Positions 48,620 to 58,096 of a stretch of 64,000 nt of DNA are shown here, piece after piece (within the stretch, counting starts at the first letter, position 1; the number at the start of each line of letters is the position of its first letter). Where the stretch lies: contig JBMSQQ010000002.1 in NCBI GenBank assembly GCA_049423385.1, forward strand, positions 9,006-73,005, read 5' to 3'. Source of the stretch: Silvanigrellaceae bacterium (GTDB lineage Bacteria; Bdellovibrionota_B; Oligoflexia; Silvanigrellales; Silvanigrellaceae). The position numbers and the translations under genes are program-made. The notes under the pieces were generated by a model, which did no database searches, was not told the DNA's origin, and saw only the letters and a program-made list of their open reading frames with translations.

Positions 48620-50329
48620 ATGGACAATGCGAATCCGTTTTACACCGATCTTGTCGCACAATTGAAAACTGCTTTCTCTGGAATAGAACTTGATTTTGAG
48701 GAAAGAGCAGACAAGCGCCACGAACAGACAATCACTGTCGGAACAGACAAAATTGTCGCTGTCATGGAGACGTTGAAAAGCAAGTTTGGCTTCAACTTCC
48801 TGATGGACGTTTGTGGTGTGGATTGGCCGGGACGTGAAAAGCGATTCGACGTTGTTTATCACCTTCTCAACAAGGACCTGAATCGACGCCTGCGTGTGAA
48901 ATCTGCGGTGGCGGAGGGAGAATCAATTCCCACCATGACCACGGTTTGGGCGGGCGCGAATTGGTTTGAACGTGAAACGTTCGACATGTTTGGCATCAAA
49001 TTCGAAGGACATCCCGACCTCCGGCGCATTCTTTGTCATCAGGAATTTATTGGTTTTCCTCTAAGAAAGGATTATCCCGCCGACAAAATCCAATCGATGT
49101 CGGGAGCGCCACTTGAGCATACATTCGAGGCCGATCGCGAACGCCTGATGCGAAAGCACGACGACGACCTCATGTGGATCAACATTGGTCCGGCGCATCC
49201 AGCGACGCACGGAACCTTGCGTTTCATGGCGGTTATCGACGGTGGTGAAATGATCAAGGAATGCGATTCCGAGATCGGCTATCTGCACCGTTGTTTCGAA
49301 AAAATGTGCGAAACGCACAACTACAATCAAATCATTCCTTACACGGACCGCCTCAATTATTGTTCAGCTCCAATCAACAACAATGCTTGGGCTGCAACGA
49401 TTGAAAAGATGTTTGGAGTTCAGGTTCCGCCCAAGGCCACCATGATGCGCATGGTTCTGGATGAATTGTCGCGCATCATTGACCACTATGTTTGCATCGG
49501 TACCAACGCGGTTGACCTTGGCGCTCTGACCGGCTTTTTCTACATGTTCAATGAGCGTGAAAAGGTTTACACCTTGTTCGAAAAACTTTGCGGTGCGCGA
49601 CTCACGGTGTCGCTCACGCGTGTTGGCGGACTTGGTTTTGATCTCCCGCAAGGCTGGATCCAGGATGCCAAGGAAGTTGTTGAGCACATTGCCAAAACCC
49701 ATGAGGAAATGGACAAACTGCTGACCAACAACCGAATTTTTGTGCAGCGAACCCGGGGCGCCGGGCCGATTGATCGCAAAACAGCGGTTGAGTGGGGCTT
49801 TACCGGCCCTTGCTTGCGCGCGACAGGCTACGAGATGGATTTGCGCAAGCATGATCCCTACTACTTCTACGATCAGGTTGAATTCGATGTGCCTGTTGGT
49901 CAGAAGGGCGACACCTATGATCGCTATCTGGTGCGCATGGAAGAAGTTCGCCAGAGTATCCGTATTCTCCGCTGGTGCTTGAACAACATGCCCGAAGGTC
50001 CAATTTCGGTCGACAACAAGGCTATCTCATTGCCAAGCAAGAAAGACGTCTATGGCAACATTGAAGGTCTGATGAATCACTTCATGTTGATCATCAACGG
50101 CGTTCAGCCACCCAAGGGCGAAGTGTACCATGCAGTTGAAGGTGCAAACGGAGAGCTCGGCTTTTACGTGATTTCCGATGGCACAGGCACACCTTACCGG
50201 GTGAAGTGCCGTCCGCCTTGCTTTGCACTGATGAGTGGATTTGCACAAATGGTCATTGGTGGACGACTGGCTGACGCCGTTGCTGCATTGGGATCCATCA
50301 ACATCATTGCCGGAGAACTCGACCGTTGA
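48620..50329 (+). CDS. nuoC: NADH-quinone oxidoreductase subunit C/D (fused)
   Basis: NuoC WFERETFDMFGIKFEGHPDLRRIL...PLRKDY fused to NuoD NIGPAHPATHGTLR, IGYLHR, TDRLNY, GELDR C terminus. Confidence 0.95.
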   Translation: MDNANPFYTDLVAQLKTAFSGIELDFEERADKRHEQTITVGTDKIVAVMETLKSKFGFNFLMDVCGVDWPGREKRFDVVYHLLNKDLNRRLRVKSAVAEGESIPTMTTVWAGANWFERETFDMFGIKFEGHPDLRRILCHQEFIGFPLRKDYPADKIQSMSGAPLEHTFEADRERLMRKHDDDLMWINIGPAHPATHGTLRFMAVIDGGEMIKECDSEIGYLHRCFEKMCETHNYNQIIPYTDRLNYCSAPINNNAWAATIEKMFGVQVPPKATMMRMVLDELSRIIDHYVCIGTNAVDLGALTGFFYMFNEREKVYTLFEKLCGARLTVSLTRVGGLGFDLPQGWIQDAKEVVEHIAKTHEEMDKLLTNNRIFVQRTRGAGPIDRKTAVEWGFTGPCLRATGYEMDLRKHDPYYFYDQVEFDVPVGQKGDTYDRYLVRMEEVRQSIRILRWCLNNMPEGPISVDNKAISLPSKKDVYGNIEGLMNHFMLIINGVQPPKGEVYHAVEGANGELGFYVISDGTGTPYRVKCRPPCFALMSGFAQMVIGGRLADAVAALGSINIIAGELDR

Positions 50330-50352
50330 GGTCGACATCGAGGAATCAAGAC

Positions 50353-50889
50353 ATGGCTTCATTTTTTTCGGCTCAATTGAATGACACGATTAAAGGATAT
50401 CTTGGACGTTACGAAACGAAGCGCTCGAGTATTCTTCCCATTTTGCACGCAATTCAGGACGAAAACGACTGGATCTCGGCCGATGCTGTCCAGGCTCTCG
50501 AAAAGGAGCACGGGTTGAGCGTGGTTGATGTGAACGAAGTTTTGAGCTTCTACACCATGTACCGCAAGACTCCTCCCAAGCCTTATCGTCTTGAGGTTTG
50601 TGGAAGCATCTCTTGCTGGCTCAATGGCGCAGACAAGACGATTTCATCCGCGAAAGAGTACATTTCCCAGGCAGAAAAAAGCGGCAAACCAGTTCCGTTT
50701 GAGTGCCACAAGGTCGAATGCCTTGGCGTTTGCGGATATGCTCCTGTGGCTCTGGTGAACAAGGATCGTCACCTCAACGTGACGCCCGAGAACGCCCGCA
50801 AGCTAATCGACGACTACAGCAAGAAAGAACTTCCCGCAGCAGCCAAAAAGTGCGCAGCCGATCTCGCTGCGCGAGCCGCCAAGAAGTAA
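50353..50889 (+). CDS. nuoE: NADH-quinone oxidoreductase subunit E
   Basis: SFYTMY, VCGSISC, ECLGVCGYAP [2Fe-2S] ligands. Confidence 0.93.
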   Translation: MASFFSAQLNDTIKGYLGRYETKRSSILPILHAIQDENDWISADAVQALEKEHGLSVVDVNEVLSFYTMYRKTPPKPYRLEVCGSISCWLNGADKTISSAKEYISQAEKSGKPVPFECHKVECLGVCGYAPVALVNKDRHLNVTPENARKLIDDYSKKELPAAAKKCAADLAARAAKK

Positions 50890-50899
50890 GGAGTGCAGC

Positions 50900-52213
50900 A
50901 TGCCGGTGATGAACAGCGCCTACAATGGCCGCCAACCGAACGAATTCAAGATTCTGACCGAACTCGAGGGCGTACCCAACAGCCGTTCGATTGAGGTTTA
51001 TAAAAAGCACGGCGGTTATGCCGCGCTTGAGAAAATCCTCAAAGGCAAAATGAGCCAGGAAGAGGTCATCAATATCGTCAAAGCATCCGGATTGCGCGGT
51101 CGTGGCGGTGCGGGCTTTCCAACAGGCATGAAGTGGGGATTTGTGCCGAAAGGAGAAGGTGAAAAATACCTCATCACCAACTTCGACGAAGGCGAGCCCG
51201 GGACGTACAAAGATCGCTACATTGCCGAACTCAATGCGCACATGTTGGTCGAAGGCAAGCTGATCGCAGCCTATGCCATTGGTGCGTCCAAGAGCTACAT
51301 CTACTTGCGCGGTGAGTTTTATGACGAAATCGCATGGTGCGAGCAAGCCATCAAGGAAGCCTATGATGCTGGTTATCTGGGCGACAACATCCTTGGCAGC
51401 GGCTTCAAGCATCACATGGATATTTACTGTGGTGCTGGAGCTTATATTTGCGGGGAAGAAACAGGACTCATCAGCTCCCTGGAAGGCAAAAAAGGCCAAC
51501 CAAAACTCAAACCGCCATTCCCTGCCGTCAAGGGTTATCTGGGCAAGCCAACTATTGTGAACAATGTGGAGACGCTGGCTGTCGTGCCCTGGATCATTCG
51601 CAACGGCGCTGAAGCGTATAAAAAATTTGGAACCGAAAAATCAGCAGGCACCAAGTTGTTCAACATCAGCGGGCCGGTGGTGCGTCCGGGTTGCTACGAA
51701 CTGCCGCTCGGCTATCCACTCAAGCGATTCATTTATGAAGACTGCGGTGGATTGATTGGCGGAAAGAAACTCAAGGCCGTGATCCCGGGTGGTGCTTCGG
51801 CCCCCGTTTTGACAGCTGCTGAAGTTGAAAACATGACCATGGACTACGAAGCTTTTGCTGGTGCTGGAACCATGTTGGGCTCGGGCGCGGTCATTGTGAT
51901 TCCAGAGGACGTGAGCATGGTGGAAGTGCTCGAGAACCTGATGCACTTCTTCAAGGACGAATCCTGCGGACAGTGCACGCCCTGCCGCGAAGGAACGGGT
52001 TGGTTGCTCAAGATGTCGCGAGGCATTCTGGATGGCGAAGGTCAGCCAGGCGACGAACAGAAGATTGCAGAGGTTGCCGGCAAGATGATGGGCCGCACCA
52101 TTTGCACGTTCTCGGATGCGGCAGCAGGACCAGCACGCAGCATTCCGCAGAAGTTCGCTCATGAGTTTTTGGAATATTACAAGAAAAAGAGCTCTGCTCA
52201 CGGACAAGGGTGA
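50900..52213 (+). CDS. nuoF: NADH-quinone oxidoreductase subunit F
   Basis: SGLRGRGGAGFPTGMKW, GAGAYICGEET, ESCGQCTPCREG. Confidence 0.97.
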   Translation: MPVMNSAYNGRQPNEFKILTELEGVPNSRSIEVYKKHGGYAALEKILKGKMSQEEVINIVKASGLRGRGGAGFPTGMKWGFVPKGEGEKYLITNFDEGEPGTYKDRYIAELNAHMLVEGKLIAAYAIGASKSYIYLRGEFYDEIAWCEQAIKEAYDAGYLGDNILGSGFKHHMDIYCGAGAYICGEETGLISSLEGKKGQPKLKPPFPAVKGYLGKPTIVNNVETLAVVPWIIRNGAEAYKKFGTEKSAGTKLFNISGPVVRPGCYELPLGYPLKRFIYEDCGGLIGGKKLKAVIPGGASAPVLTAAEVENMTMDYEAFAGAGTMLGSGAVIVIPEDVSMVEVLENLMHFFKDESCGQCTPCREGTGWLLKMSRGILDGEGQPGDEQKIAEVAGKMMGRTICTFSDAAAGPARSIPQKFAHEFLEYYKKKSSAHGQG

Positions 52214-52218
52214 AGGCG

Positions 52219-53700
52219 ATGTCGAATCAGATCACGTTGAGCATCAACAATCAATCAGTCACGGTTCCGGCCGGCAGCACCATCATGGAAGCAGCGCAAA
52301 AGGCCGGCGTGGCTGTTCCGCACTTTTGTTGGCACCCAGGCTTGTCCATCGCCGGTGTTTGTCGTTTTTGCATGGTGAAAGTTGAAGGCATGCCCAAGCT
52401 TCAAATCGCCTGCAATACTCCGGCCAGTGAAGGCATGAAGGTCGACACGGTTTCCGATGAGGTCAAGGACACCCACAAATGGGCTCTTGAGTTCCACCTC
52501 ATCAACCACCCGTTGGATTGTCCGATCTGCGACCAGGCCGGTGAATGTGAATTGCAAAATTACTACATGAAAGTCGGCAAGTATCAGTCGCAAATGGAAG
52601 ACCAGAAGGTTCTCAAGCCGAAGGCACTCGACGTTGGCGACACGCTTGTTCTCGACACCGAGCGCTGTATTTTGTGTTCGCGTTGCGTCCGGTTTGAAGA
52701 CGAGGTTACCAAGACCAGCACACTTGGAATATTCAACCGCGGCGATCAGGCAACGATCGGTACTTATGGCGATCGCAAAATCAAGCACAACTACAGCTAC
52801 AACCTCGCGGACATTTGTCCCGTGGGTGCATTCACGGCCAAGGATTTCCGTTTCAAATGCCGCGTGTGGTTCCTCAAGGAAACCAAAACCATTTGTCCGG
52901 GATGTTCAACCGGCTGCAATGTGAATCTATTTCAAAACGGAAATCAGCGTGAATATTATCGCCTGAAGCCACGCCACAACTCAGACGTGAATGGCCACTG
53001 GATGTGCGACAAAGGTCGTTTGATGTACGAGCACCTCAATGCATCATCACGTTTGGCTGCGCCGGTTCTTTCCGGACAGAACGTGACTTCCGCTGCAGCA
53101 ATGCAAGCGCTTGCCGACGCGAGCAAGGGCGTGTCAGCCGACAAGGTTGCGGTTGTGTTGACGGCTCAATACACCAACGAAGAGTACGCGGCTGTCGCGG
53201 CCGGTGTGAAGTCGTTGTTCAAAGGTTCAGCCAAAATTTATGTTTGGCGCGACGAATCCGAGAAAGCCGAGGACTTCGATGGCATCCTCTATCGCGGTGA
53301 CCACAATCCCAACACCCGCGGGATGAACGATGTGCTCAAGGAACAAGGTTTGGCTCCCACCATTCTCAAGGGAGATTTCGCTGCTCTGGCACTCGCTGCG
53401 CCAGAATTGACCCTCGTGTTCGGACCAGAAGTGGAATCTGCATATCCGAATTTGAAGGGCGCCTTGGGCCGATTCGGCGAGTTGAAGAAAGTCGCCTATT
53501 TCGGAAACAGCTTGAATGACGCTGCCAAGAAGTTCTGGCTGAGAATGCCGGTCAAAACTTTTGCGGAGAAGAACGGAACCTTTGTCAATTTCAATGGAGT
53601 TGCCCAGAAACTCAAGGCAAATGCGCCTGTGTTCCCTGCGGTGAAGGCTGTCGATGAATATGTGGGCGATCTGAGCAAACTTGCTCAGGCGTCTGTTTGA
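52219..53700 (+). CDS. nuoG: NADH-quinone oxidoreductase subunit G, short form
   Basis: PHFCWH..AGVCRFC, NHPLDCPICDQAGEC, RCILCSRCVRF, CPGCSTGC...MCDKG. Confidence 0.9.
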   Translation: MSNQITLSINNQSVTVPAGSTIMEAAQKAGVAVPHFCWHPGLSIAGVCRFCMVKVEGMPKLQIACNTPASEGMKVDTVSDEVKDTHKWALEFHLINHPLDCPICDQAGECELQNYYMKVGKYQSQMEDQKVLKPKALDVGDTLVLDTERCILCSRCVRFEDEVTKTSTLGIFNRGDQATIGTYGDRKIKHNYSYNLADICPVGAFTAKDFRFKCRVWFLKETKTICPGCSTGCNVNLFQNGNQREYYRLKPRHNSDVNGHWMCDKGRLMYEHLNASSRLAAPVLSGQNVTSAAAMQALADASKGVSADKVAVVLTAQYTNEEYAAVAAGVKSLFKGSAKIYVWRDESEKAEDFDGILYRGDHNPNTRGMNDVLKEQGLAPTILKGDFAALALAAPELTLVFGPEVESAYPNLKGALGRFGELKKVAYFGNSLNDAAKKFWLRMPVKTFAEKNGTFVNFNGVAQKLKANAPVFPAVKAVDEYVGDLSKLAQASV

Positions 53701-53719
53701 AAAGCGGGGAAAATGACGC

Positions 53720-54310
53720 ATGGCATTCGTGAACGTCTCTCGAGATCCCGAGCGCAATTTCAAGAATGGATATCTGGCAACATCATTGTTGGGGTTGGGC
53801 ACGACGCTTGTCACCTTCACCAAACAAGTGTTTGGCCTTGAGGAATCCAACACCGTTCAATGGCCGGAAGTTGAATACCAATATTCCGAGCGTTTCAAGG
53901 GAGCCCACTTCCTGACCAAACGTCCCGACGGCCGCGTGCGCTGCACGGCGTGCTTTTTGTGTGCAACAAACTGCCCAGCGCAGTGCATCACGATTGTTGC
54001 CGGTGAAAGCCCCGACCATGGTGTTGAAAAGTACCCTGTGCGCTTTGAGATCGACATTCTTCGTTGTGTGTTCTGCGGCTATTGTGAAGAGGCTTGCCCT
54101 GTGGATGCCATTCGCATGGGGCCGGAATACTCAATGGCAGGCATGGCAGAGCAAAAATGGGTGTACACCAAAGACTACCTGCTCGAGCGGGAGGCGCTGA
54201 AGCGCAAGGTTGGCGAACGCCAGGTGTCCAAGAAAGATGAAAATACAAAGCATGATACGGTTCAGAGCTCACTGCCTGGCATTCATCTGGGTCACACCGA
54301 CGGACACTGA
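53720..54310 (+). CDS. nuoI: NADH-quinone oxidoreductase subunit I
   Basis: CTACFLCATNCP and CVFCGYCEEACP ferredoxin motifs. Confidence 0.93.
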   Translation: MAFVNVSRDPERNFKNGYLATSLLGLGTTLVTFTKQVFGLEESNTVQWPEVEYQYSERFKGAHFLTKRPDGRVRCTACFLCATNCPAQCITIVAGESPDHGVEKYPVRFEIDILRCVFCGYCEEACPVDAIRMGPEYSMAGMAEQKWVYTKDYLLEREALKRKVGERQVSKKDENTKHDTVQSSLPGIHLGHTDGH

Positions 54311-54332
54311 TTTCAAAGACCATTGTTGAATT

Positions 54333-55061
54333 TTAAAACGGAGCTGGCGAAAAATTCGCCGGCTTTATTATTTCTTCTGTCTTGCCAGGGGGAGTCCAAA
54401 ACAATTGCAGAGCAATTTCAGTGGCAGGACCCTGGAAGTATTGAATGCGCAGATCATGGGAGCCAGCGTTGAGATTCGCACCACCCTGTTTGGACGATGG
54501 AGAATGTTGGCCGTCGTGGTTGATGATCATATTGCCGTCGATGAACAATATGGCTCCATCGTCGCTGAGGAGTCTAAAGTTGTATTGGCCAGCGGTGCCG
54601 ACAATCAGTTTGGCACGGGCATCAAGAGCGAACCACTCAAACAGATTCGGAACTCCGGGAAATCCATTGGTGAAGTCGCGCACCGGAACGTCGAAATGGG
54701 TCATGCAGATTTTGGTCGCATAGGTGCCATTGGCAAATTCCTTGGCCAGACTCTCAGCGCCACTCTTCAGTTTGTAGACTTTTGCAGTGATCGGCTGCGT
54801 TGCACTTGCAACTTCATTTTCCTTGCATGTCTGAAAAGGATCTCCAGGATTTGATGTTGGAGGTGGCGTTGCGTTTGCAGTCGCGTTGACGGTTGGCGAT
54901 GGTGTCGCTGTCGCGACGGCTTTTGCCACTGCTTCTTGGTTGGCATTGGCTTTTGGTGTGGAAGTTTTTGAAGTGGGTCTTTCGTAGTTTGCCGTGTAAT
55001 CGCCAGAGTCCGTGCACGCACTGAACATGGCAAAAGACGTCAAAAATAAAATTCTGAACAT
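54333..55061 (-). CDS. PA14-domain lipoprotein
   Basis: Lipobox FSAC; Thr/Pro/Ala linker; YNFRLLSDDGAILFIDG...HDGQH...GSHDLRIQYFQG...LQLFWTPPG. Confidence 0.85.
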   Translation of the reverse strand: MFRILFLTSFAMFSACTDSGDYTANYERPTSKTSTPKANANQEAVAKAVATATPSPTVNATANATPPPTSNPGDPFQTCKENEVASATQPITAKVYKLKSGAESLAKEFANGTYATKICMTHFDVPVRDFTNGFPGVPNLFEWFALDARAKLIVGTAGQYNFRLLSDDGAILFIDGNMIINHDGQHSPSSKQGGANLNAGSHDLRIQYFQGPATEIALQLFWTPPGKTEEIIKPANFSPAPF

Positions 55062-55097
55062 GATTCCGCACATCCTTCCGACCAACATATTTATTGC

Positions 55098-55125
55098 TTA
55101 TCGGCAAATCGGAAGAATGAGTTGA
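55098..55125 (-). promoter_or_regulatory. Sigma28/FliA-like promoter TCAA-N16-GCCGATAA
   Basis: Perfect GCCGATAA -10, 36 nt upstream of ATG 55061. Confidence 0.6.
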
Positions 55126-55225
55126 GGTTTTGATGCAATATCCCGGAATAAATTTAAAAATTTTGTCCAAAAAACCGCACGAGACGTCATTGAAAGCCTC
55201 AAAGACAGCGGGAGGGAATCTTGTT

Positions 55226-55582
55226 TCATTGCGAATAGAACCAGACAAAAAGTCCCGACAATGCAAACAGAAGTGTCGCAATGTAAAACAGGATACTTCC
55301 AAACTTTTTGCTTCGACGGCACGCTTCAGCCAGCACAGGATCGCTCGGGCAGGTTTGTGCTTCAGGCCGAGAGCGGGCATAACCGGCGGCCGCGAGCATC
55401 AGGGCTGCGACTGAAAAAACAGCCAGTTTGTGTTCACTCATAAATGTGAGCTGAGGAAATGTTGAAATTATTCCTGCCAAAGTTGCACCAAAGCCCATGG
55501 TGACCAGTAATGCAGGAATCACGCAACAAACAAGAGTGCTTGAACTGGCGAGCAAAGCCACACTTCCCCACAAGCGGCTCAT
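55226..55582 (-). CDS. MerT-like heavy-metal membrane transporter
   Basis: TLVCCVIPALL intramembrane Cys pair, loop CPSDPVLAEAC, three TM helices. Confidence 0.75.
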   Translation of the reverse strand: MSRLWGSVALLASSSTLVCCVIPALLVTMGFGATLAGIISTFPQLTFMSEHKLAVFSVAALMLAAAGYARSRPEAQTCPSDPVLAEACRRSKKFGSILFYIATLLFALSGLFVWFYSQ

Positions 55583-55881
55583 TGTTTTTCCCTTTCCAGT
55601 TTGACAACGGTATAACCCGATTCGGTGATAATTTTCTTGATGACTTCGTCATCGAGTTTTTTCCCCGCAGGAATGTTGAACGTGACCAGTTTTTTGTCGA
55701 GATCGACCTTAACGTTTTCAACCGCGTCGGTGCTGTTCAATTTTTTGGTGATGCCTTGAACGCAGAAACCGCAAACCATTCCGTTGACACTGATCTTGAT
55801 TGCATCTGCCATTGCAATTGTGCTCATCATTCCTCCCAAGACGACAAAGCTCCTGAAGAAGATTTTCAAACTGTTTTTCAT
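55579..55881 (-). CDS. Exported heavy-metal-associated (HMA; MerP/CopZ-like) protein
   Basis: Signal peptide then VNGMVCGFC and ITESGYTV. Confidence 0.88.
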   Translation of the reverse strand: MKNSLKIFFRSFVVLGGMMSTIAMADAIKISVNGMVCGFCVQGITKKLNSTDAVENVKVDLDKKLVTFNIPAGKKLDDEVIKKIITESGYTVVKLEREKQ

Positions 55882-55892
55882 GCAAATTCCTT

Positions 55893-56609
55893 TCAATCAA
55901 AAAAGTGGAACATATAGTTTATTGAGAATTTTCCGCCCAAACTGTTGCCTAACTCAACAAGTGCGTTGCGATAAAAGAGTCTGACATAGGGCGTTATTTC
56001 GTGTGTGACTGTGTTCTGCGACGAAAGTCGTTGCGGAACCCATTCAACGATGCCCCAGATTGTCAGTTCATCGTTTTGCGCCTTGTAGGGCGCATATCCC
56101 AGTCTGAATTTTCCCTGGTCGTAAAACTCATCATGTTGATTATAGGTGCGCATCAACATGGCATTGGAATAAAATTCACGATCTTCACCGTCCAAGCCAA
56201 TCCGCCATTGGTAAAGAGTCGAGTTCTTTGAGGCAAAGGTCGCAGCAGCGTGGTCCAAAGAATCATCTTTGTCGCGAGTCCACTGTTGGCCAAGTCCGGC
56301 ACCAATGAAAAAGTTGCTCTGAAAGTCGGGAAAATTGCCACGCCAACCAAGCAAGCTCGAATTGAACATAAGCTGGCTATGCCTTGAGCTGCGTTGAGCC
56401 GAGAGCCCCAAACCCAAGCGTGAAGATGGTGAATGAACAACTTCCAGCTCAGCAATGTCTGCATGCTGATGTATCATGACGGCAGTTCCACCGGCAAAAA
56501 CCACCGGGTGAGCGTGGGATACACGCGGAAAAAGTGCCAACACGAGGAGCGCAGTTGGCAGGGCGCGACGGCCGCTCTTGCAAAAATCTTGTTGTCCCAC
56601 GATGTTCAT
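55893..56609 (-). CDS. Putative outer-membrane beta-barrel protein
   Basis: Signal peptide ending SHA then HPVV; alternating amphipathic strands; ends INYMFHFFD. Confidence 0.6.
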   Translation of the reverse strand: MNIVGQQDFCKSGRRALPTALLVLALFPRVSHAHPVVFAGGTAVMIHQHADIAELEVVHSPSSRLGLGLSAQRSSRHSQLMFNSSLLGWRGNFPDFQSNFFIGAGLGQQWTRDKDDSLDHAAATFASKNSTLYQWRIGLDGEDREFYSNAMLMRTYNQHDEFYDQGKFRLGYAPYKAQNDELTIWGIVEWVPQRLSSQNTVTHEITPYVRLFYRNALVELGNSLGGKFSINYMFHFFD

Positions 56610-56640
56610 CGGCGGTACCTCTGATAGTCTCTGATCATGT

Positions 56641-56668
56641 TTACGGGTGTCACCCTCGAAGTGTGACA
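56641..56668. promoter_or_regulatory. Inverted repeat TGTCAC-N9-GTGACA; on the minus strand also reads TGTCAC-N17-CGTAA (ECF-type promoter candidate)
   Basis: Lies between the divergent metal operon and the ECF sigma gene. Confidence 0.45.
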
Positions 56669-56735
56669 GGATTGACTTGGTTTTTTTTAAGAGACCGTAA
56701 TTATAGTACTAATTGATACCTGCCAGGGCGTGCTC

Positions 56736-57317
56736 ATGGGACAAAATGACACCGATGAATCGTTGCTCGAGCGCTATGCCCTTGGCGAAGCCGGGGCGTT
56801 CGAGCAATTTTTTCTACGACACCGGAGCAAGGTTTATTATTACGCCCTCAAAAGACTTCATCGTCCTGAACTGGCGGGCGAGGTTCTGCAGGATATTTTT
56901 TTGAAGCTGCATGCACGGATTCATCAATACCGCATTGGCGAGCCAGCACTTCCCTGGTTTTTCACAATTGTTCATCATGCCTGCATCGATGCGCATCGAA
57001 AATATCAGTCAAGCATGCGCGTGCAGCAGTCGATTGAGTTTCAACAAGGAATTGAAACTGCAACAGGACAGAACGCGATTGGTCGCGGTCAGCAAACGGA
57101 CTTTGACGTGGATTCTGAGTTGGGACAATCACTTTCCCAACTGCCGGCAGACCAGCGTGAATTGGTCGCCAAGCGTGTGGTTGAAGGACAAAGTTTCAAG
57201 TCCATCGCGCAAGAGACAGGGAAAAGCGAAGTGGCCCTGAGAAAGTCGTACAGTCGGGCCATCGACAAACTCAGGCAATGGTTCCTTTCGGATTCAAGCA
57301 GGGAGGGTGATGAATGA
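56736..57317 (+). CDS. ECF RNA polymerase sigma factor
   Basis: DESLL...AFEQFF, EVLQDIFLKLH, PWFFTI, LPADQRE, SFKSIAQETG...SRAIDKLR. Confidence 0.92.
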   Translation: MGQNDTDESLLERYALGEAGAFEQFFLRHRSKVYYYALKRLHRPELAGEVLQDIFLKLHARIHQYRIGEPALPWFFTIVHHACIDAHRKYQSSMRVQQSIEFQQGIETATGQNAIGRGQQTDFDVDSELGQSLSQLPADQRELVAKRVVEGQSFKSIAQETGKSEVALRKSYSRAIDKLRQWFLSDSSREGDE

Positions 57318-57940
57318 CCGGCTCGCAAGATCAGGCCAAACAGACCGTTGAAAATGAGTCAATTGCCAATGCGGCATCCGCTGAGCTGATGGAATTCAAT
57401 TCTACAAGCGGAGAGTTACCCGCAAGTGTTGAGGTACAGCTTGCAAAAACAAGATTGTCAATCAGCAGTGAGCTTGAAGCGTCGCGCCGCAAGTTTCTGG
57501 TGTCTTATTTGTTGTTTTCTGCGCTAGGTTATTTTTTATCACTTTCACTTTGTTCCCAGAACTCGATTGCATTGACCAAATTTTCAATCAATGTGGCAGC
57601 GATTCTGCACCAACTTCCTGATCCGCTCTGCCCAATCGTTTGTGGCGTGTTTTTTTCTTTTTTGCCGATGGTGAGCGTTTTTCTTTTTCTCGATCGGTTT
57701 CAGCTCAGGCGCATGGTGGTTGCATATTGGTGGCTGCCGGCACTCACTACCTTTTTGAGTTGTTTGGTGATGTCATTGCTGCCCGAGTCGTTGCAGCATG
57801 ATGGGATGCACATGAATCATTCCGGAATGCGTGACACCCGTTCCGATGTGGTTTGGTTGATCTGGTGGACGATCGCTGCGGTTGCGATTCCTGCGCTCAT
57901 TGCGGTGTTTGCAAAGAGCAGACTAAGAATTGATCGATGA
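57314..57940 (+). CDS. Putative multi-TM anti-sigma factor with Cys and His/Met motifs
   Basis: ATGA overlap with the ECF gene; about four TM helices; LCSQ, LCPIVCG, QHDGMHMNHSGM. Confidence 0.6.
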   Translation: MTGSQDQAKQTVENESIANAASAELMEFNSTSGELPASVEVQLAKTRLSISSELEASRRKFLVSYLLFSALGYFLSLSLCSQNSIALTKFSINVAAILHQLPDPLCPIVCGVFFSFLPMVSVFLFLDRFQLRRMVVAYWWLPALTTFLSCLVMSLLPESLQHDGMHMNHSGMRDTRSDVVWLIWWTIAAVAIPALIAVFAKSRLRIDR

Positions 57941-58096
57941 GGGATTCTGGAAGTGCTTTTTGGGGCTTGGATTCACGTGTTTGAGTCAGGCAGCGGATAA
58001 ACGGGTTGGATCGCAACCCAAGGTGCCTGAAAATTTTAGTTGATTTCAAGTGATGACAAAGTCTACTGGGATGTGACGTTTGTCGGGTGATCTTTT

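Noticed and set aside
55226..55881. Mercury resistance operon or transposon
   Set aside because: No merA, merR, transposase or terminal repeats in the window
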